Shown: one piece after another, positions 59,279 to 64,000 of the stretch
Position numbering within the stretch: position 1 is the first letter of the stretch
Layout of the letters: the number at the start of each line of letters is the position of its first letter
Virus record (IMG/VR): IMGVR_UViG_3300008448_000023
Location: 30,413 to 94,412 of that record
DNA: 64,000 nt
Strand: one strand, 5' to 3'
Source of the DNA: a virus
The notes under the pieces: model-generated
Database searches by the model: none
Told to the model about the DNA's origin: nothing
What the model saw: only the letters and a program-made list of their open reading frames with translations
Made by a program: the position numbers and the translations under genes

Positions 59279-60436
59279 ATGACAGATCAAACAAACTATT
59301 GTTCGCTACCTTTTAAGGGCATGCAAATTGACGGAGATGGCGGAATCAAGCCTTGTTGTTTGTACAAACCATTTCTCGATCCTACTATAAAACAATACCA
59401 CATAACCGACTATGACCAATGGCGTAGTCAGTCATTGACTAAAATTCAACGTCATGTGATCGACAACACTGTTGATACAGGATGTAATCATTGCATAAAT
59501 TCTACTTCAATACCGCATCCTTTGCGACAAGTCGCCAATGGGTTTTTCAAGCATCAGCCCAGGTATCAGGCCAGTGCAACGCCAGAATGGCTAGAAATAC
59601 GCTTTGGAAATTTTTGCAACCTCAAATGTATAATGTGCACTCCTTCAAACAGTAGCCAAATTGAACAGGAATATCAGACCAATACAGCACCGTACAACAA
59701 ACTGGGAATCTCATACCCCGGGGCAATTCAAAAGTTTGACAATGTTGCTAAAAACTGGTGGGAAGATCCTGACACCTTTAATAGAGTAATCGTTATATTG
59801 AATCGTGCTCGCTATGTAAACTTTTCCGGCGGCGAACCACTGATAATGCCGCAACTTTACCGAGTGTTGGATGCATTAAATGCAGATTGCATGATCACAT
59901 TCAACACCAACTTGACTAGACTGTCTGATCGAGTAGTCAATGACTTGAAAAAATTCAAGAAAGTGATATTGCAAGTTAGCCTAGACGGCATTGACGATCA
60001 TCAAGAATGGATCCGATGGAACAGCCGCTGGGCAGACATTGATCGCAACATCAATACTGTATGTGGCACTAAAAACATAACAGTGAGCTTCAGTTACTTG
60101 TTACAACACACCACTGTGTATACCTGGCCCGCGCTGTGGAAATATCTACAACCTCTGAACAAAGAAGTTATGATATTACCTGTATACGAAAAAACTATTG
60201 GGCAAGGTGTGCTGACACAAAATTCTGTATCGCCAGAGGATATGCACAAGTTCAAAACCTGGGTTGAACACAATCCTGGTCCGCATGATCACACACTACA
60301 GCAGTGGATCAGCAACTATGAGTTTGATGCCAAACTGCATCAAGAATTTCAAGACTATGTCAACATGCTGGATCGCATACGCGGCGGCAACTTTGCTCGC
60401 ACGTTTGATCCCAGCTGGCAACTTGGCGGGTCCTGA
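59279..60436 (+). CDS. Radical SAM enzyme, N-terminal twitch (#8), antisense to the tRNA array
   Basis: CSLPF...PCC...GCNHC; CNLKCIMC; SGGEP. Confidence 0.85.
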   Translation: MTDQTNYCSLPFKGMQIDGDGGIKPCCLYKPFLDPTIKQYHITDYDQWRSQSLTKIQRHVIDNTVDTGCNHCINSTSIPHPLRQVANGFFKHQPRYQASATPEWLEIRFGNFCNLKCIMCTPSNSSQIEQEYQTNTAPYNKLGISYPGAIQKFDNVAKNWWEDPDTFNRVIVILNRARYVNFSGGEPLIMPQLYRVLDALNADCMITFNTNLTRLSDRVVNDLKKFKKVILQVSLDGIDDHQEWIRWNSRWADIDRNINTVCGTKNITVSFSYLLQHTTVYTWPALWKYLQPLNKEVMILPVYEKTIGQGVLTQNSVSPEDMHKFKTWVEHNPGPHDHTLQQWISNYEFDAKLHQEFQDYVNMLDRIRGGNFARTFDPSWQLGGS

Positions 60437-60498
60437 GAGGATCGAACTCCCACCCTCGGTTTCGAAGACCGAGATGATATCCATTTCACCAAAGACCC
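60424..60498 (-). tRNA. tRNA-Arg(TCG)
   Basis: TCGGT-CTTCGAA-ACCGA. Confidence 0.88.
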
Positions 60499-60499
60499 A

Positions 60500-60574
60500 T
60501 GGTGGTTGTAGTTGGTATCGATCCAACCTCCTCGGCTTATGAAGCCGGTGCGCATCCGTCTACGCCATACAACC
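60500..60574 (-). tRNA. tRNA with CAT anticodon (elongator Met or lysidine-type Ile2)
   Basis: CGGC-TTCATAA-GCCG; T-loop ATCGATA. Confidence 0.8.
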
Positions 60575-60583
60575 CGAACTGTT

Positions 60584-60658
60584 TGGGGTATCCAACGAGA
60601 ATCGAACTCGTGATAGCGGAATCACAACCCGCGGTTTTACCACTAAACTATGGACACC
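60584..60658 (-). tRNA. tRNA-His(GTG)
   Basis: GCGGG-TTGTGAT-TCCGC; G-1:C73 present. Confidence 0.9.
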
Positions 60659-60740
60659 ATATAGAAACACACTATCCTGGACTGACTACTTGGGCACGGG
60701 CTTTGCTAAAAAGCGATACCGTCCGTAATGTGTTTTTATA

Positions 60741-60815
60741 TGGTAGGGGCACAGAGAGTCGAACTCTGATTTACCGGTTAAAAGCCGGCTATTCTAGCCA
60801 TTGAATTATACCCCC
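60741..60815 (-). tRNA. tRNA-Lys(TTT)
   Basis: GCCGG-CTTTTAA-CCGGT. Confidence 0.9.
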
Positions 60816-60818
60816 ATA

Positions 60819-60893
60819 TGGTCCCTCCGGTGAGATTTGAACTCACACTTCTCGGATTAAGAGTCCGGTATGCTACCGTAACATCTCGAAGGG
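60819..60893 (-). tRNA. tRNA-Lys(CTT)
   Basis: CGGA-CTCTTAA-TCCG; somewhat atypical D arm. Confidence 0.8.
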
Positions 60894-60954
60894 ATGGATC
60901 GTAACAGTTGTCTTTTACGTGCCATCCAGGACCATACGGGGGTCTAGGATGACA

Positions 60955-60975
60955 CTAACGTTTGCCTCGTTTCAT
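60955..60975 (-). CDS. Six-codon minigene MKRGKR*
   Basis: AGAGGT RBS, ATG AAA CGA GGC AAA CGT TAG, downstream of a perfect promoter. Confidence 0.5.
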   Translation of the reverse strand: MKRGKR

Positions 60976-61003
60976 GTCATTACCTCTTTGTGTTAAAAAT
61001 GTT

Positions 61004-61032
61004 ATTATACAACAATCGCAGTTTGTTGTCAA
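61004..61032 (-). promoter_or_regulatory. Perfect-consensus sigma70 promoter inside the tRNA array
   Basis: TTGACA-17-TATAAT. Confidence 0.85.
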
Positions 61033-61037
61033 CTGTT

Positions 61038-61115
61038 TGGTGCGTCCCGAGGAATTCGAATCCCCAACCTCACGGCTTCGTAGGCCGGTGTTCTATCCAG
61101 TTGAACTAGAGACGC
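61038..61115 (-). tRNA. tRNA-Arg(ACG)
   Basis: CGGC-CTACGAA-GCCG. Confidence 0.88.
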
Positions 61116-61121
61116 ATTGAG

Positions 61122-61192
61122 TGGCCCCGGTGGGAGGAATCGAACCTCCATTGGTTGTATACGGACCGTGTTCCCATTACACTACAACCGGG
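61122..61192 (-). tRNA. tRNA-like gene with a shrunken anticodon arm (anticodon undetermined)
   Basis: Good acceptor, D and T arms and GCCA end; anticodon arm is only GGT-CCGTATACA-ACC. Confidence 0.6.
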
Positions 61193-61199
61193 ATTGAAT

Positions 61200-61275
61200 T
61201 GGTGCCACGAGCTGGACTCGAACCAGCCACACACAGATTTTCAGTCTGCTGCTCTACCTGATGAGCTACCGCGGC
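61200..61275 (-). tRNA. tRNA-Phe(GAA)
   Basis: GCAGA-CTGAAAA-TCTGT. Confidence 0.92.
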
Positions 61276-61283
61276 GTTGAAAT

Positions 61284-61360
61284 TGGTCTCCGTAGCAGGG
61301 TTCGAACCTGCGACCCCAAGTCCCCCAGACTTGTGCGCTACCGGGCTGCGCTATACGAAG
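61284..61360 (-). tRNA. tRNA-Pro(GGG)
   Basis: CAAGT-CTGGGGG-ACTTG. Confidence 0.92.
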
Positions 61361-61410
61361 ATAAAAAGTCCAGTGACCTAGCTCGTCAAGGGAGAGTATA
61401 GACTTGCGAG

Positions 61411-61486
61411 TGGTGCTCTCAACGTGATTCGAACACGTGACCTTACCCTTACCAAGGGTACGCTCTACCACTAGAGCTATGAGAGC
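61411..61486 (-). tRNA. tRNA-Thr(GGT)
   Basis: TACCC-TTGGTAA-GGGTA. Confidence 0.92.
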
Positions 61487-61489
61487 GAT

Positions 61490-61563
61490 TGGAGCGGGAT
61501 AGGAGAATCGAACTCCTAACTAAACCTTGGCAAGGTTTCGTTTGACCATTAAACTAATCCCGC
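61490..61563 (-). tRNA. tRNA-Gly(GCC)
   Basis: AAACC-TTGCCAA-GGTTT. Confidence 0.92.
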
Positions 61564-61568
61564 ATTTT

Positions 61569-61643
61569 TGGCTCCCCAGGGTGGGATCGAACCACCGACC
61601 AAGAGATTAACAGTCTCCTGCGCTACCGCTACGCTACTAGGGA
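61569..61643 (-). tRNA. tRNA-Asn(GTT)
   Basis: GGAGA-CTGTTAA-TCTCT. Confidence 0.92.
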
Positions 61644-61650
61644 ATATGTT

Positions 61651-61724
61651 TGGTGCCCCATGACAGAATCGAACTGCCGTAACCTGATTACAAAACAGGT
61701 GTAATACCATTATACTAATAGGGC
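61651..61724 (-). tRNA. tRNA-Thr(TGT)
   Basis: CCTG-TTTTGTAAT-CAGG. Confidence 0.88.
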
Positions 61725-61731
61725 TAAACTC

Positions 61732-61821
61732 TGGCGGTGCGACTGAGACTCGAACTCAGAACCCGGCTTTCACCGAGCGACGGATTAGCAATCCGCTCTA
61801 ATACCATTATAGGACCGCACC
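61732..61821 (-). tRNA. tRNA-Ser(GCT)
   Basis: GCGGA-TTGCTAA-TCCGT, long variable arm. Confidence 0.9.
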
Positions 61822-61866
61822 ACGAACTTTTTACTTATAGACGGCTCTGTGACCGCCTACAAAAAT

Positions 61867-61940
61867 TGGTGCTCAGTACAAGAATTGAACTTGTAATAAA
61901 CGCTTATCAAGCGTCCGTTATACCATTTAACTAACCGAGC
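61867..61940 (-). tRNA. tRNA-Ile(GAT)
   Basis: GACGC-TTGATAA-GCGTT. Confidence 0.9.
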
Positions 61941-61948
61941 AACGAAAC

Positions 61949-62022
61949 TGGCACGGGTACTAGGGCTCGAACCTAGAATAACAGAGTCAAAGTCTGTGGT
62001 GTTACCATTACACTATACCCGA
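61949..62022 (-). tRNA. tRNA-Gln(TTG)
   Basis: ACAGA-CTTTGAC-TCTGT. Confidence 0.9.
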
Positions 62023-62031
62023 ACAAAAACT

Positions 62032-62105
62032 TGGCGTACCCACTAGGACTCGAACCTAGACTGACGGTTTTGGAGACCGCGATGCTGCCATTACACTATG
62101 GATAC
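62032..62105 (-). tRNA. tRNA-Trp(CCA)
   Basis: GCGGT-CTCCAAA-ACCGT. Confidence 0.9.
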
Positions 62106-62110
62106 CTATT

Positions 62111-62185
62111 TGGTGGACCGACGGGGGATCGAACCCCGACTAAAGGCTTGCAAAGCCCCTGTGCTCCCATTATCACTATCAGCCC
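62111..62185 (-). tRNA. tRNA-Ala(TGC)
   Basis: GGGC-TTTGCAA-GCCT; G3:U70 present. Confidence 0.9.
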
Positions 62186-62422
62186 AAATTTCTAAACACA
62201 CTGTTGCCAATGTGTGTATTAAAGCATACTGCTGAGTCAGGCGACCGTGCAGCCGAACGTGATCGGTCCTCTCCGCGGATGCTCAATTAAGAGAGCAGTA
62301 TGCTTTAATACGCTGTAATTTTTCACACTAGAAAAAGTGCTTCATCCTACAGGCCGCCCGTTTACACTATATTTTGAGTGCGGTGTTATTCCCTTGGGAA
62401 TGGTCCACGTTACCAACGCACT

Positions 62423-62456
62423 AAAAGAAAAACCCCGGGGTTTTTAGTCCCGGGGT
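62423..62456 (-). terminator. Attenuator terminator upstream of the tRNA array
   Basis: ACCCCGGG-loop-CCCGGGGT followed by TTTTCTTTT. Confidence 0.85.
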
Positions 62457-62475
62457 CCTTTTGAATTTGTGCGAG

Positions 62476-62616
62476 TTAGACTTTTAGAATCTTCTCGCCT
62501 TCAAAGGACCCAGGTGACCCTGGAATACTATTCGCAGATGTAAAACCGCGTGACCAGGCTTGTGTCTGGTTGCACATTGTGGGTTTCAACTGTGAATGAA
62601 TGATTGTTTGCATCAT
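62476..62616 (-). CDS. 46-aa leader peptide missing from the ORF track
   Basis: MMQTIIHSQLKPTMCNQTQAWSRGFTSANSIPGSPGSFEGEKILKV*; starts 7 nt after the -10 box; stop lies inside the antiterminator hairpin. Confidence 0.65.
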   Translation of the reverse strand: MMQTIIHSQLKPTMCNQTQAWSRGFTSANSIPGSPGSFEGEKILKV

Positions 62617-62623
62617 AAGTCCT

Positions 62624-62652
62624 ATTATACTTTATTTACCTTTCGAGGTCAA
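62624..62652 (-). promoter_or_regulatory. sigma70 promoter of the leader/tRNA operon
   Basis: TTGACC-17-TATAAT; TAAATA lies within the spacer. Confidence 0.8.
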
Positions 62653-62699
62653 CCTCGAATTGTTTTTCAAGTGTTGTATTTATACAACACGCTTCAAAT

Positions 62700-62775
62700 T
62701 GGTTGCAGAGGAGGGAATCGAACCCCCGACCTCAAGGTTATGAGCCTTGCCAGATACCGCTTCTAACACTCTGCG
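62700..62775 (-). tRNA. Initiator-type tRNA-fMet(CAT)
   Basis: C1:A72 mismatch, CAAGG-CTCATAA-CCTTG. Confidence 0.85.
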
Positions 62776-62786
62776 TCAAAATTTAT

Positions 62787-63353
62787 TTATACCAAGCTTT
62801 CTGCTTGTAGAGTAGATACACTTTCGTCACTGAGAGTGATCTCGGTGCGAACGTTGAGCTCCAGGATTGTGTCCTGAAGTTGTTGCTTGGCCTTTTTAAG
62901 GTCGCTCACAGTCTTCTTAAAGCCTGCAATGTCTTTGTCGGTGAACACACTGGTGCTCACGGTGTCGTTGTAGCCGTAGATGCGGCTTTTGGTTTCCTGC
63001 TCGCTCATCTTACGAAGCTTGCCAGCTAACACATCTGCGCTTTCGCGTACTTCTTTGCCGGCCAGTCCTGTGTAGAACTGAATTTGCTTTTCCAGTTCAG
63101 CCACAGCAGTGAGATTGCTATTTACACCTGCCTCATGATTGGCCAATGCTACACGCTGGCGAATGTTGTACAGTGCATGGGTCAGTTGTTCGCGTCGCTG
63201 AATGCCAGCTTGCACAGCAGCCACAGCACGAGCAATTTCGTCTTCGGGCTTGTGGAATTCTGTGAGAGCAACTTCGCTCTTGATGTCAATCTGTTTGAGT
63301 GCATCGTTGATGGCGTTTTGCAGAACAGCGGCTTTACGTAGAGTAATTTTCAT
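62787..63353 (-). CDS. Coiled-coil protein, possibly DIP1984/DUF6847-like
   Basis: 188 aa, all helical; MKITLRKAAVLQNAI start and LQDTILELNVRTEI end. Family resemblance is from memory only. Confidence 0.6.
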   Translation of the reverse strand: MKITLRKAAVLQNAINDALKQIDIKSEVALTEFHKPEDEIARAVAAVQAGIQRREQLTHALYNIRQRVALANHEAGVNSNLTAVAELEKQIQFYTGLAGKEVRESADVLAGKLRKMSEQETKSRIYGYNDTVSTSVFTDKDIAGFKKTVSDLKKAKQQLQDTILELNVRTEITLSDESVSTLQAESLV

Positions 63354-63381
63354 TTTTTCTTCCTATTCAAACAACAAAAGG

Positions 63382-63634
63382 TGGCAAAAGCAAGGTCAAG
63401 TGACTGACAGAACAAGGTGCAAACGACCTAAGGTCTTAATCAACGTACAATCAACAACTCACAGAGGCTGATGTATTTCCGGAGATCAAATCACAAATCT
63501 GATATCCATTTACGGGTTTCCGGAACATACCAGCACGATCAGATTTTTCAGATCCGACTGAGCTATGTAGTTGCATCGTAAGGCATGAAGCCAAAAACGA
63601 TACGGGGTCAGTTCTCATCTACCCTGCTTTGCCA
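63382..63634 (-). ncRNA. Unknown ~250-nt structured RNA upstream of the coiled-coil gene
   Basis: Terminal helix TGGCAAAGCAGGGT/ACCTTGCTTTTGCCA and internal helix GCTGGTATGTTCCGGA/TCCGGAAATACATCAGC. Confidence 0.6.
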
Positions 63635-63656
63635 ATCAACGTATTGCTACGTTGAT
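63635..63656 (-). other. Perfect GNRA-capped hairpin, possible processing or boundary element
   Basis: ATCAACGTA-GCAA-TACGTTGAT. Confidence 0.6.
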
Positions 63657-63726
63657 AAAAACTATTATGAAACACACTATCTGCGGCATTACAGCCCACG
63701 TCAGCTTAATGTGTTTTACAATAGTG

Positions 63727-64000
63727 CCTAAGGTTGAGAATACACCTTAAGCCAACAACACCTCGAGCATTATTACAAACCTTGCGAGTCTGCTTTCTCT
63801 CGACTTCCACTAGATCCATATTGCTATGTAACCCAGTCTGCTGTCAGCATCGCCGTTTTTAAAGACAGGCAGTAGTCTTGTCGCCATATGCTATTCTACG
63901 CTTTCTATCCCGTTGACCTTGCGAGCCATTCAAGTGCGCTAACACCTTACGAAACTTCCTGCATAAACCAATTTCACCTTGCGAGCTACGTTGGACTTGA
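63727..64000 (-). ncRNA. 3' part of a GOLLD-like large ncRNA, truncated by the window
   Basis: No ORF; three CTCGCAAGG hairpins (63780, 63917, 63977); 3' hairpin AAGGTGTATTCTCAACCTT; adjacent to a tRNA array, the usual GOLLD context. Confidence 0.6.

Noticed and set aside
57986-60692. Shared 11-mer CTGACTACTTG at 57986 and 60682
   Set aside because: A single 11-nt match among a few kb of spacer sequence is plausible by chance, and there is no third copy.
57591-61934. Track ORFs overlapping tRNAs (e.g. 57649..57915, 58349..58540, 60499..60804, 61241..61471, 61737..61934)
   Set aside because: They are incidental translations of tRNA or ncRNA sequence with no RBS or protein motifs.
62313-62352. 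Hammerhead ribozyme (GATGA...GAAA)
   Set aside because: Lacks the CUGANGA core and the three-way junction with a cleavage triplet.
1-64000. Stop-codon reassignment as seen in some jumbo phages
   Set aside because: Genes are long and tightly packed under the standard code, all three stops are used, and no CTA/TCA/TTA-anticodon tRNA was found.

Overview
This is a 64-kb slice of a large tailed-phage (jumbo-like) genome using the standard genetic code. No integrase, CRISPR array or rRNA is visible. (1) 1-14.5 kb: virion structural genes, including a 5'-truncated >3,640-aa protein with FG-GAP-like repeats and a tail-fibre-like protein with a C-terminal chaperone-like domain. (2) 14.5-41 kb: a dense tailoring-enzyme cluster with 7 N-terminal-twitch radical SAM enzymes, GT-A-like and GT10-like glycosyltransferases, SGNH-like proteins, a carbamoyltransferase, an amidinotransferase, a DegT/StrS aminotransferase, an NAD-dependent epimerase and a 1,128-aa W/P-rich repeat protein. 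The enzyme types resemble those of aminoglycoside or guanidino-sugar chemistry. (3) 41-57 kb, minus strand: thyX, a MoxR-like AAA plus VWA-metallopeptidase pair, phosphatases, an RNAP omega-like protein, two PP-loop proteins, a TctC/Bug protein, a second amidinotransferase and an RNase H-like YkuK protein, with near-consensus sigma70 and TAAATA late-type promoters. (4) 57-64 kb: a minus-strand array of 27 tRNAs plus 2 atypical tRNA-like genes, interleaved with structured ncRNAs, an antisense radical SAM cassette and the 3' end of a GOLLD-like RNA. The best candidates for new biology are (a) a leaderless leader-peptide attenuator with an antiterminator/terminator switch at the head of the tRNA array, whose sensing codons nearly mirror the amino acids the array supplies, and (b) the radical SAM/amidino/carbamoyl glycan-tailoring cluster. 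All calls come from manual motif reading; no database searches or folding programs were run.
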